Below, piece by piece: positions 52,819 through 64,000 of a stretch of DNA of 64,000 nucleotides. How positions within the stretch are numbered: the first letter of the stretch is position 1; the number at the start of each line of letters is the position of its first letter. The stretch comes from Tubulanus polymorphus. Its lineage: Eukaryota; Animalia; Nemertea. The DNA lies in assembly GCF_964204645.1 (NCBI RefSeq), contig NC_134025.1:20869101-20933100 (forward strand), written 5' to 3'. Under the pieces are notes generated by a model. It saw only the letters and a program-made list of their open reading frames with translations, did no database searches and was not told the origin of the DNA. Both the position numbers and the translations under genes were made by a program.

Positions 52819-52984
52819 TAATAGTGATAATTCCGAAATGTAAGAAAATCGAAAAAGTCAATACATCGAGTAAATAGATAGTACCGTCGTTGTTCATACC
52901 AATTAAAAAACATGTACGTATTTAAAGAACATGCATATATAGTTTGATCGCAAAATAATCAAATTGTAGTTTTGTGTTACTTAC

Positions 52985-53680
52985 GGATTTTTCGATTCCT
53001 TGTTGAGTTTTGTTGCGGTAAATGAATCCTACGTGGTAACTGTATAAAACCGATATGAGTTGGAATAATTCGAGTTTCTTCTAACAGTACTTCAAACAGC
53101 AACGCACATTGTATTGCGTTGGGAAAAAAATTAAGCTAAGTTAAGTCTAGTAAAAACCCTAACTTATAGCTGCGAGTAATTGTGCGCGGTTTGGTATTCT
53201 CGACACAAATGAGACAAATGCAACTCGGTGTCGCTCCCACTGTACGCTGCTGTTCTGGTAGTAGGCGGCGGGAATGACGCCAACCGTAGCAATTCCGTGT
53301 TTACGTTCAGAGCAAAATGAAATATTATCTTAATCGAAATGTGTTAACAATATCATGCATCTGAAGAGGACGTGACGTATATCCGAACAGTGTATTGCTT
53401 CTCTGCCCATAGAATAATCTTAATCGCCGGTAGGGGGCAGTGCTTCGTGTGGCAATGACGTCATATACTGCATATTGCTAGTAGTAAACAAGTCTCTATT
53501 CATAGCTCAGTGATGATCTCAATGTAATCCTGGATACATGTAATCATTCCCCACGGAGAAGAGTTGACGACAAGTGTGGGGATCGGCTGACAACTTGTAA
53601 TTAAGATGGATCGTCGCTGGTAACCCCTAAATCAGCGACGCCTATTGATTTGAAGTTAATAAATATAAAGTGACGTCAAA
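52985..53680 (-). promoter_or_regulatory. Putative non-coding first exon and promoter of the knottin gene
   Basis: gtaagt donor at 52984-52979; TATAAG-like at ~53163-53168; TGACGTCA at 53456-53463 and 53671-53678; CTCF-like CCGGTAGGGGGCAGT at 53427-53441. Confidence 0.45.
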
Positions 53681-54101
53681 GGGTGTCACCATATGTGAAG
53701 TTTACGACATCATAAAGTTGCGCTTTAAATAATCTATACTATGAAGACACAATTTAGAAAAAAAACTCGTTGAAAGCCACCAATTCTCGCCGCTTCCGGA
53801 GACCGCAAACCGGAAGTTCCGTAGATAATAGTATTTTCATCTTTGGTCGGTCTACAGACGTTGAAATGTCCCCTCTTGGGAAACGCTCGGTAACATCTAG
53901 GAGACAACTTACGAAATCTACGGCTGCAATTACTGATTTACCTTGGGAATAATGTCATAAAATACATCCTACACGCAACCCGCTCGGGGATTTTGGAGGC
54001 TGGATTCGTCATTTCAACGAGCACGGTTTTGCCTCGTTGAAACTAATACAGACCCTCCTGTTCACCATTGATGAGACACTACATGCGTTTTGAGAAGATA
54101 A

Positions 54102-54332
54102 TGTAACGAAAATCCCACAATAAAGACCAAAGATAATCAAGTCCGAAAATGTTTCCTTGAACTGGTTTGCTCGGGATCGAATATATATTTCACAGTTTTT
54201 GTTGTATCTCAGTATTCCTGAAGATGACTATTACGTTGCTTATATAGTCGAAACGTCGAATTAACTACCAGCTCAAGGAAATATGTTCGGACTTAATTAT
54301 TTTTTCGTCTTTATTGTGGGATTCTCGTTACA
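54102..54332. mobile_element. Palindromic repeat family D (copy 2), possibly derived from a Penelope-like element
   Basis: ~65-bp inverted arms TGTAACGAAAATCCCACAATAAAGAC... / ...GTCTTTATTGTGGGATTCTCGTTACA. Confidence 0.7.
54214..54261 (+). ncRNA. Minimal type I hammerhead ribozyme-like motif
   Basis: ATTC-CTGAAGA-T-GACTAT...ATAGTC-GAAAC-GTC-GAAT: stem I ATTC/GAAT, conserved core, stem II GACTAT/ATAGTC, palindromic ACGT in place of stem III, GUC cleavage triplet. Confidence 0.6.
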
Positions 54333-55459
54333 CTTATACGGACCCTATACTTAACCGAGCCATTAAGGGCGATGCAGTTAAGCAGCAATCGCTGGACAGG
54401 ATAAACTGGTTACGTCGTGATACATAAAAAACGAGTAGGTACTTTGATACGTATCGTCAATGGAAATTCGCCTACTGCGTTATGTTTGCGTCTGTATCAT
54501 CTTCAATATTTTCACTGTCGAATGGCTAAGATTTATCGAATAATTCTGTTTGGCTCAGTTTCAAAACAATTACAATATAGTGGATACGTACTACGCCTAC
54601 CGAACGTAAAGATTTTTCTGAATTTCATGTATAGTTCCAGAGACGCGTTTTGTTTTGGCAGTTTGCCCGGAACACCCAGTATTCTAGGATTGATAAGACC
54701 AGGCACGGATCGACCGGGGAAAAGTTCCTGAACTTGAAGATTGCTCTTTTTCCATGAGAATACTTCATAAATCCATCGTTCATTAACATTGTGTCGCAAT
54801 AGATGCCTCTTCGTTGGTTGTGCGTACTTCAAAGGGCCCGCCTTTGAATGCTGGAAACCTTAGTGACAGTTAATCTTTGTGGTGAAGGCCCGATGACAGG
54901 AAGTTGAAGGTAAAGTTCCATGTTGGATGTCGAATAATCAAATTATGCCCGTTGACGCGACATCTACCATCGCTGCACCAACAAGTTAATTGTCAGTCTT
55001 TAGTGAATGAACATGTCTTTCCTGGCTGCGTATAATAAACCATCACACTGGCCATCAAAAACCATGATCCCTACATTAGATTGATGGATGCGACTCACCG
55101 ACTCGCTGTGTATTTTGACAGCTACGGCAGTCGGCTTTTGAAATTATTCTCGATGTAATCTACTAATGGGCTTTCAGGAGTCATTTCAGGTTTATGTTGC
55201 AAATTGGTCCGCCACAAGTAGGTTGCAAATAACGGACGTTCGAACGCGGAAATGAGTGCATCAGCGTGGTCAAACATGATGATATAACATCCATTTTTAT
55301 GGTAAGGAATAGATTGCGTAAACAGACCATTTATGGATCGTCAAATGAACTCGATGAAGCCAGGTGCTAAGTTCGGGACATCAATTTCATAGCCTACAAA
55401 AATTAGCTTTCACACGTGTATGTCATATCTCTCTCTCTATCAGAAATACCCACTGCCTA

Positions 55460-55606
55460 CTTAAAAGTTGACTCGGCTGGCCGCTTTATACCCTGTCCAT
55501 TACTTTCTTAATCGTGATCAGGCGAACGAACTGACTACAAATTCTATTGCATTTTACAAAATGACCCGGCCGATTAGGAGAAACAAGGTGTCATGTTTGT
55601 TCAGCC
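55460..55606. mobile_element. Family B MITE, 5'-truncated copy
   Basis: AAATGACCCGGCCGATTAGGAGAAACAAGGTGTCA...AGCC. Confidence 0.6.
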
Positions 55607-56210
55607 TTATATGAATTTTTTATATGCACCCTTCTTCAGCTTTCAATCATAACGTGATTATTTACTAAATAAATTTGATGAATCAGTATTTTTGTGCGTG
55701 CAGTGACCAATCATCAACGCGAAACAAGCTATAGTACATGCTTCTGCGAGTACCATCAGAATATTCACTCAAAATGAGGCGTTCATCGAATTTCCTTTCG
55801 CCGTGATGAAATTGTATCCCGCATTCGCTATCTCATCAAAACACTTAACTTCAAAATATCGAGTGTTTGCCGATAGGAATTGACAGCAATAAAACGCTAT
55901 TAGAAATACCCACTGCCTACATCAAATACTTCGCCAGTAAAAGGTGAGTCAATGCCTATTGGCAAGATGTAATCAAACCGAGAGGGTCTTACCAGAATCA
56001 CTCCCCCACAAACGGAAGTGTTACCCGAGCTTCGCTTCCACAATGCACTTCACCCATTACTTATTTTCCCCGAACGCGTTAGTCAGTTCCTGACTTATTT
56101 ACGATTTGGAGAAATTAATGTCCAACAAAGAAGGTCCCAACACCGTGATATCAAAAGATCACTGCCTCATCCAAATGACCCGATTGAATACTATAGGGAT
56201 TCTTTGATCC

Positions 56211-56322
56211 TGGATCCAGTTCCACAGTTGTGTGTAAGAGTTATATCAGTGTCAAAATTAGTTTATTTTCAATGTCTTAACTCCAATGTCAAATCTTAAC
56301 TCACAACTGTGGAACTGGATCC
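56211..56322. mobile_element. Short hairpin MITE
   Basis: Perfect 22-bp IR TGGATCCAGTTCCACAGTTGTG / CACAACTGTGGAACTGGATCCA. Confidence 0.6.
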
Positions 56323-56506
56323 ATGGGCTACAGTGAACGACGTTCGTTTTCGTTACCGGTACACCCTGATCCAACCAGGTCAAGGACAATTCATAAGTAG
56401 GATCAGCTCGTTTTCGATGACTTTGTTCAATTGTTAATACTTCAGCTAACTTACGAATTTTCGCCATTGATTTATCGGTGAATCTTGCTCGAAATCAGAT
56501 TTATAA

Positions 56507-56736
56507 GGCTAAAAAGTCATGCTGAGCTTAGAAATATCTTTGAATTGTCTGCTGTGCTTGGTAGGTAGATCCGGCCGGTCGCCTATCAATCCTGTTAATT
56601 ACTTTTTAAAGAATCATGATCAGGCTACCCTTAACTGATCCGGCAGTTGTAGGAATGAACTGATCTCAAACTTCATTGCGGTTTACAAAAGTGACCCGAC
56701 CGATTAGGAGAAACGATGTATCATTTTTGTTTAGCC
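56507..56736. mobile_element. Family B MITE, copy 3
   Basis: GGCTAAA...TTTAGCC with TWA flanks; colinear with 52611-52818. Confidence 0.7.
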
Positions 56737-59700
56737 TTATAATGCGCGATGAAATGTGACAGCGCACCTAGCAATCACCTCGTCGGCGTTTAATACCGCA
56801 GTTGATAAATTAAACGACACTCCTTAACTGGTTCAAAACGCTGTCTTAACAAACGAAGAGAAGATATTTATCTCAAAACCGCAAAATATGAAATACTTTT
56901 TTGGATTAGGTCGGTATACGGCGAGTTGCGGACGAAGTAGGTTTCGATGTAGCGAACGAAACGATACGCAGAGGAAAATCGTGTTCTCCCGAAATAGATA
57001 GGAGATGCCTAAGCGAATTAATGCTTCGTTTGTCGAAAAAATACAACGCGCACGTCAGGTACTTTATTTAGCACCGGATTGTGTCTTATCGAATTAATTA
57101 ATAACTATAGCTCCCTACTGGCTTTTCGCCTACAACGTGGTAAATCAAATTCATGATGGTCTATTTGACACCGTATATGATGTGTTTTATGACAACATCA
57201 TTATTGGGTTCGATTCAGCATTGGACCAGAAATGTGTGATCTTTATGGAATTCATCCGTCCACCCCGGGACTTTTACGGGACTTATACTGCGTTTGAATT
57301 CAATTTATCCAATCATTTCCTTTGCGAATAGATTCCGTTTACATTTTGAAATTGTTTAAGGAAAAATTGCGCAATTTGCTAAGTATATCCTACGCTGCCT
57401 GCGAAAATGCCCCTTGTCGTGGCGTGCGCTCGAAGAACGGATACCAGCAGCGAGATGAAAGGTTATGAATTCAATCTCGTTCCCTTCGTGGAAAGCAATA
57501 TAAATTCTACCCGCCAGTAAAATGTAGCTGGAAATGTTTACAAGCAATAAGTTCGTTGCCTTTTGTTTTGGCGAGACTCACAAAAATCTATGCCGTAACG
57601 CGTAAACGTTATCGACAATCGTTACTACGAAAAACGAACATTAGGTTTTGAACTCCACGCTCAAAGTTTAGAATAAGTCTATTATTCGTGCAATCTTTTA
57701 CTACGACACTCCGTGAAGATCGACCCGTTTAAGCCAATGGCAATCATATATCGGAAGCGTTGTCCTCATTGGCATCTGAAACGTTCAACGATTCCGTTGA
57801 AAAATTCGATTTTTATTGACGTTTATTCATTCTGTTCCCACGCACATCAGACACACATACAACACAGAATATGGATACGCTGAAATATATTGTTAGCTAC
57901 AATGAACAGGAACAAGAGAACTAACTTAGAAAAAATAGTACATTTGCATTTATTGCCTAATATAATCGAAAATGAATGATGTAACAAAATGTAAAGGGTC
58001 AATAAAGTGATTTTGAATTGGAATATATTGGCGACCGGGTACCAGTCTAGCTCTGATACATCGATGACACATCCTTTCAAACATAAATTATCAAAAAGAC
58101 AATTAGAAAATAAGAATCATGACACAAGTTGAATTACAAAATAAATGCCGAAATTCACAATTATAATTGTTATTTTGAAACGACGTAGTGCACAGCGTCT
58201 CGCAAAGAACCGCCTAAATAACGCACGAAAAATCAGTACAGTACGTAGATAGTACATAGTATGTATACTGCACTTAGTCCCGGTGACGAAAATACCCAGC
58301 GATATTGCGCACACCTATATCTACACACATGACGGGAAGAATCTTTTGATGGATGCTCTTTGGTTCGTCTAGTGGCAGATTTGCTTCCCAATAACAATTG
58401 ATCGAGCCGCGGTTGATAGGTATCGATTCTGCCCACACACTACGCGCTACGCCAACATGATTCAATCATCTCAAAAGATCGTCTGATTAGGCGTTAAACA
58501 ACTCGTCCCAACCCGGCGTTCAATTGACACAAAAATGCCATAATAATTTCTGCGCAAACGATCAAATACTTGGAATTACAATCACTCTAATGACATCTAC
58601 ACCGAACAAGGCGTTTACACAGCGGGATATTTCCATCGCTGAAGGTATTGTTTATTTCCGTTTTCGCTGCATGTCCTTTAAAAGTGTTGAATCCCACCCG
58701 GCGTTCGCAACATTTTCAGAAAAAAGATCGATTTAATTGTGCGGTATTATGGCGTATTAGTTAACAAAACTGTACATATTATCAAAAAAACAAATTAAGC
58801 GGCTTAGGAAGCTTCCGCGGTGGTATTTCCATGCATACCCGGTTGGATCTCGAGAGTAAAATTTGAAATCTATATCCTCTGATAGTGTATCGTCAATCGA
58901 CGAGACAGCAGCCACGAGAAATGTGAGATTTAGATGGCTATGAATCACTTGTACATTGCCCAATCAAATGGTAGTGAATAGATCATAATTCGCACTCAAA
59001 ATATTTTTTCAAATCCTTTTCAAATACTTATTACTTGTGTACATAGTGTGTGAGTGTGATGGGTGAAGTGGAGATGCTTTCGGGCGATACGTTAGCCCCG
59101 TCTAGCCCCGTTATCCTGTTACATTTTTTGTCGTTAGTTTATATTTGCAATATCGTCCAATAATGTAACATTCTAATGAAAATTCGATTCAAAATTCAAA
59201 TACTTTTACAATGATGTCTGTATTTTATATCTAGGCGACGAAGCGATGTGTCTTCAAAGTAGTTAAATATTGCCCAATCCGGCCATCTAGTATTTGACAT
59301 GTCAACGGAACACATAATATGATATGGCTTTGACTTTCTCTCTCATGATATAAATGTTTATCTATGAAGTCGCGGGGAGGAGAATCTCCATCAAACCATG
59401 ACACGTTTATGCCCGCACCGCTCGGATCACTTTCCGACGCGTGCTATGAATCCTTATCTCGCGAGAACTCTACCCGTTAACTAGAGAGAAAAACGGCCGT
59501 TTCTAATTCATCAAAAGAAGCCTGTCCGATGAAAAATGGGATGCTTTGATAATAATACGAGTCGCCGTAAAGTTCGAGACCGGTAAATAAAGACGAATTA
59601 TTATCGTCCTCGGGTGTTCGGTCGTATTACATGATGGAAATAGTTTTGTCAGCCAACGGTCGGTCTGATACTTCAAACGACAGAATTTGCATCCGAGGCA

Positions 59701-60801
59701 TTTCTATTAACAAATATCGAGCAAGCCTATCCGTTTTTAAATACGTCGACCGATAGGTGAACTCCGGCAATTAATTATAAATTGCCGCGAACGCGCAGTG
59801 TAGCCTCCCCTTTATTTTTCTATTCGCGAGAAATAATTAAATGGCTATTCGATAACCTTTCAAACCTCACCCGTATCTGTCTTAGGGATTTAGATAAATT
59901 CATAGATTATAAGGTTGCCAAATTGCCATTTCATCTCATCCCAGTTTTAAAGCCGATTATAAAATCTCGAAATAATTAAATGATCTCCGAGTCAACGCGT
60001 CGGCCGTGCATCCGTTCAACAGTCAGTCGAGATTACTTTTTTAACCGTCAACAAAACCGTTAGAATAATGTTTATGTACATTGATTTGTGTTGGTCGATG
60101 TGTACTACGTCACCAATACTGGAGTTTCAAAATAACTATTACAATAATGTGAATTTTGGTGTTCATTATGTAATGAATATATTTCATAACTCTTATTTTA
60201 TTTATTTATAATTATTTGTGAGAGTATATATGTACTACTTTATCGGGAAAAGACTGGTTGCCGGTGAATTCAATTCAATTATCGATATATACAAATTCAA
60301 AATAGCTTTATTGATCCTTGATGTTAAACAATTTATATTATGTTATTTATTGTCGACAATATACGTGTTTTTCAAGGCATCAAAACTTCCAAGTTAGTGT
60401 TCTTGTTTGGTGATGTGTTTATGTAAGTGACTTGCTTATGATTATTTCCAATTTGGCGTTAAAGGCCAAAACCTCTGGAGTTCTGGCTCGTTTAAGAAAT
60501 TATCTTCTTCTGTCGGAAAAAAATTGTACGACGGTGATAAAAATTGTGTTCAATTTTCTTGTACAACATTTTGTTTGAGAATGAGAGTGAATAAGTATGA
60601 ATACGAGAGTGCTGAGGCTTCTGGGCTTGAAGTTTTACTTCACCCACTAATCTAGTGTTTAATCTTATATTCTATATTTTACTATATTCAATCGTAAATT
60701 CAATGTTAAAATTATCATAGATTACAAAAAAAACTATTCAAAGTTATTTTGTTGATTTGATATTTTGATGTATTTTTGATGAGCTTCGAATGCGTTCTTA
60801 C

Positions 60802-61018
60802 GGCGAACTTTGGTTTCCGTAGTTAGTCGAATAGTGGTCGGAGCTAATGACCGAAAGCACTATAGTTCGTATTTCCCATTATCGGCCATCTTGGAAATAG
60901 ATCCGATTTATAGCGACCGTGCTCGAGCGACTATTCCCGGACTATAGTTCCGACTTAATGGCATTCGGTTTCATTTAGTTCGCAAATAGTCGACTAACTC
61001 CGAAAACTGAAGTTCGCC
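60802..61018. mobile_element. MITE, same family as 17043-17278
   Basis: GGCGAACTT...AAGTTCGCC termini; internal GACTATAGT repeats. Confidence 0.7.
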
Positions 61019-61869
61019 CGGGGTGGTATACAACGTAATAGCATTAAAGAGCTTAAGCTTAAGACTTAAAAATACCTACAGGGCGTTCATAACACATTGC
61101 TTTGTCTCGAAAATATGTATCGTTTACGTTTTGTAAGTTTGATGTACCTGAAATTAGATGGTTTAAATCGAGTTTAGAGTTACGCCTTGTCCTGGTATAT
61201 TAGGTTTATTCCTTCAAGCGTGCTTGTGTCTTGGTTGCGTTGTTGGAAACGAGCGCCGAAGCTGAAGAGTTGTATGTAATCTCGAGAGGCGTATGTAATC
61301 TGGGCAAGGCGCAATCAATACAAGTTTCAGCCAGATTAAGTATAGCCAACAACATCACAGGCAGCTGTTGACGTGGACCGAAAAAGCGTGAAAAAAATCC
61401 CCTTCTAATAAACCGCCCATTTACGCCTTAAAGCCTTACATATGTATAAATATATAAAAATACGAATTTCCACATTTCCAGCCGTTTGGATTATGAAAAA
61501 TAAAATGCGACAGATTGCCACATTGTTCTTCGGTGATGGGGGAGACGGGGGAACGCTGCGGAAGGCATCGAGGTCATCGATAACGCAATGACTTCATCAG
61601 ACGCAAATGATACTCGGAACCGATCGCCATTATCTTGCCAGACATAAGGGAAGCGTTGTGTCTCTTGTCCGGCGACGTAGGGAGTGCTCTCTTATCAAGT
61701 TGTCGCCATCAGCGTACTGATCTTTCTGGGCTAATTCCTTCCTCCTCGGTTTGACCTTACTCGTCACGAATTCTACGAAGAATTGTTTTAAAGCGTACAG
61801 GGAACTTAGGACGATCCCCATTCAACTAGAAAATAGATATGATATCACGCTTGTCTAAACTACAATTTA

Positions 61870-62083
61870 GGCTGAAATAAAACGATACCTTATTTCTTCT
61901 ATTTGGCCGGGTCATTTTGTAAACCGCTAACAAAATATGTAATCAGTTCATTTCATAGCTACCAGGTTTGTTATGGTTAGCTTGATCATGATTAAAAAAG
62001 CTGATGTACAGAGTAGATAGGTGGCCGGCCGGTTCTACTTTTAAGCTCGGCAGTAAGGAGAAACAAAGTATCAATATTCTAGC
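61870..62083. mobile_element. Family B MITE, copy 4 (inverted)
   Basis: Reverse-complement match (GGCCGGGTCATTTTGTAAA...GGAGAAACAAAGTATCAAT). Confidence 0.7.
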
Positions 62084-62641
62084 CCTATATTTGCATGTTT
62101 CTTAATCCTAGAAATAATTCGATTATTTCATCGCCGACTTCCGGGATTATTACGTTTAATGACGCCCTGTGTAAACGCGCATTTTTTCATCGCATTGCAT
62201 ATTTGCGTAAACAAAAGTGCAAATACACATTTTATTTATTCGGAAGCAGATGTCACTTAGACAACGAACCAGCCTAAAGGTGATTCATTTTGCCACGCAC
62301 TTACTTCTATGTTTGCGCAACAAACATATCGCGATGCGAAACCAATTTTATACTAAGTTCGATATTTGTTTAGAAAGTTGTCGTTAAGTAGAGGCTGTAT
62401 TTTTAAATCAAAAATATCGAATGGGGGAGAACTGCGTTGTAAGTACCTAAGTATCTTTTCAAAGCCTGAGAAGCAATTCATACCTAGTATTTTCTGGCGA
62501 CATCCAAATGAGAATACCCTACATAACCCTTTCTGTTCGAGAGGTAAAACTTTGCTCAATCAGGCGATATTCGTAAAAAAGATATCAAATCATTTATTTA
62601 ACATAGTGTAAACTCATCGGATTTCGACACTACCATTCCGC

Positions 62642-62750
62642 TTTATCTTTATCTTTATTCGTATTATTATAGTTATTGTTATCAGTATCATTATTATTAT
62701 CAATATCATTTTTATCATTACTATAATTATCATTAATACTATCATTATAT
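62642..62750. repeat. Degenerate (TTA/TCA)n low-complexity repeat
   Basis: ttattatcattatc array. Confidence 0.7.
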
Positions 62751-64000
62751 ATTTGTAATTGGCTGCGATTTTTGTATTATTTTTGTGCTCTGCGCAATGT
62801 TATCATAACTTGTGGAGTAAATAAGCTAAACTAAAATTGTATGCACAATATAACGAATCTTTCGGGCAAACTACGAATGACGGCTGATTCAGATGGATTG
62901 AACAAGCCAGGCGATCGTAATTAGAAAATCAGGATTGATTGATCTTTTTTTACCATTGAAAACGCCAACAGTAATTGAATGTTTGTTTTCAATTAGAAAT
63001 GTTGGATTTTAGCTCTGAGGAAATTATTCTATCAATCACATCGTCGGATGCAAATTTTTTCTGCATCTTTCGCAAAATGGTCCCCACTCTCGTACATGTG
63101 TACCGGGATATCTTTTATAAATGTGATCAACGGTATAATCCGTCAAAATTGTAGGTACGTGTTATTTTGTAAGTTGAGAAGCGTGGGCGTTCATAAAGAA
63201 ATCGACCATTTCTCGAAAAAGATCGTTCTCGATAAGCGCGCGCGATAAGTACCGAAAAAAAATACTGGGAAGCCGCGCAAAATAGACATCGTCGTCTCAT
63301 CCGGTTGTACGAATAAGCATCATTTCAATTAAGGCTTAAAACACAGCAATTGTAGCTGAAAGAACAGGATGTCAAACCGGGCGAATTATAGTCATTATTT
63401 CCCGGCGATGTTGATGAGAAGCCTCGACGAAACTAATTCTCACATTCTGACTTAAGTTAATGCCGTATAAATAGTTGATACGATTTCCTTGCTTAGTTGT
63501 TCCACGTTTGTTGCTAAACGCATCGTTGGGTGCTTTGGAGTTCACGCGGCGCGTTCTTCTTTTCGGTGCGATATATTCTCGGCGGAGGTTTTTTCCGACG
63601 ACCGTTCTTTGATCCGTATCAATAAGTAATGAGCCACGCCGGTGTGACGTAGGCGGTGGGTCACATGCCATCTAACATCTCATAAATGCGTGTTCATCGT
63701 CATCGTCTTCGTCGTTTTTGTACGGTCGAAAATGTATCGCGTCGCCGAAAATGGTGACAACGACACAGTTGTTGTCTTACGAACACGATTCTCACCGCGA
63801 CGAAAATGAGCTCGGTGAAAATCACCTTCGAATTGTGTTTTCGACATTCTGATTCACGCGTGACATATCTGTCGAAATTCGAATTTCTGTCCGCCACGAC
63901 GCGTCAAAGTAGATCTGGCAGCAGTATATTTACAACACGATGCCGAAGAACATGTTTATCAATGAAAACTGGCCAAAATAGAACATATTTAGGCATCGAT

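Noticed and set aside
61630-63897. Short ORFs at the right end (63, 99 and 65 aa)
   Set aside because: No recognisable domain or consistent splice structure; could be UTR or regulatory DNA of a gene outside the window

Overview
AT-rich, intron-containing eukaryotic DNA; the gene and repeat types suggest a marine invertebrate or other bilaterian animal (inference). Most short ORFs in the track are spurious. By reading GT-AG splice sites by hand I reconstructed three genes, all on the minus strand. (1) An 8-coding-exon NETO/SOL-2-like type I membrane protein (signal peptide-CUB-CUB-LDLa-TM-tail, ~475 aa; 16457..5065). (2) A single-coding-exon ~444-aa uncharacterised basic, low-complexity protein (37047..35713). 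(3) A three-exon 97-aa secreted prepropeptide (49771..41970), not present as a whole in the ORF track. It encodes an 8-Cys knottin of the agatoxin-like/agouti-like type with dibasic processing sites and a C-terminal amidation signal, and has CRE palindromes and a CTCF-like site upstream. The non-coding DNA holds many non-autonomous elements: Harbinger-, Tc1/mariner- and hAT-like MITEs, tRNA-derived SINEs, a ~560-bp near-perfect foldback inverted repeat in a NETO intron, and a palindromic repeat family carrying minimal hammerhead-ribozyme motifs.
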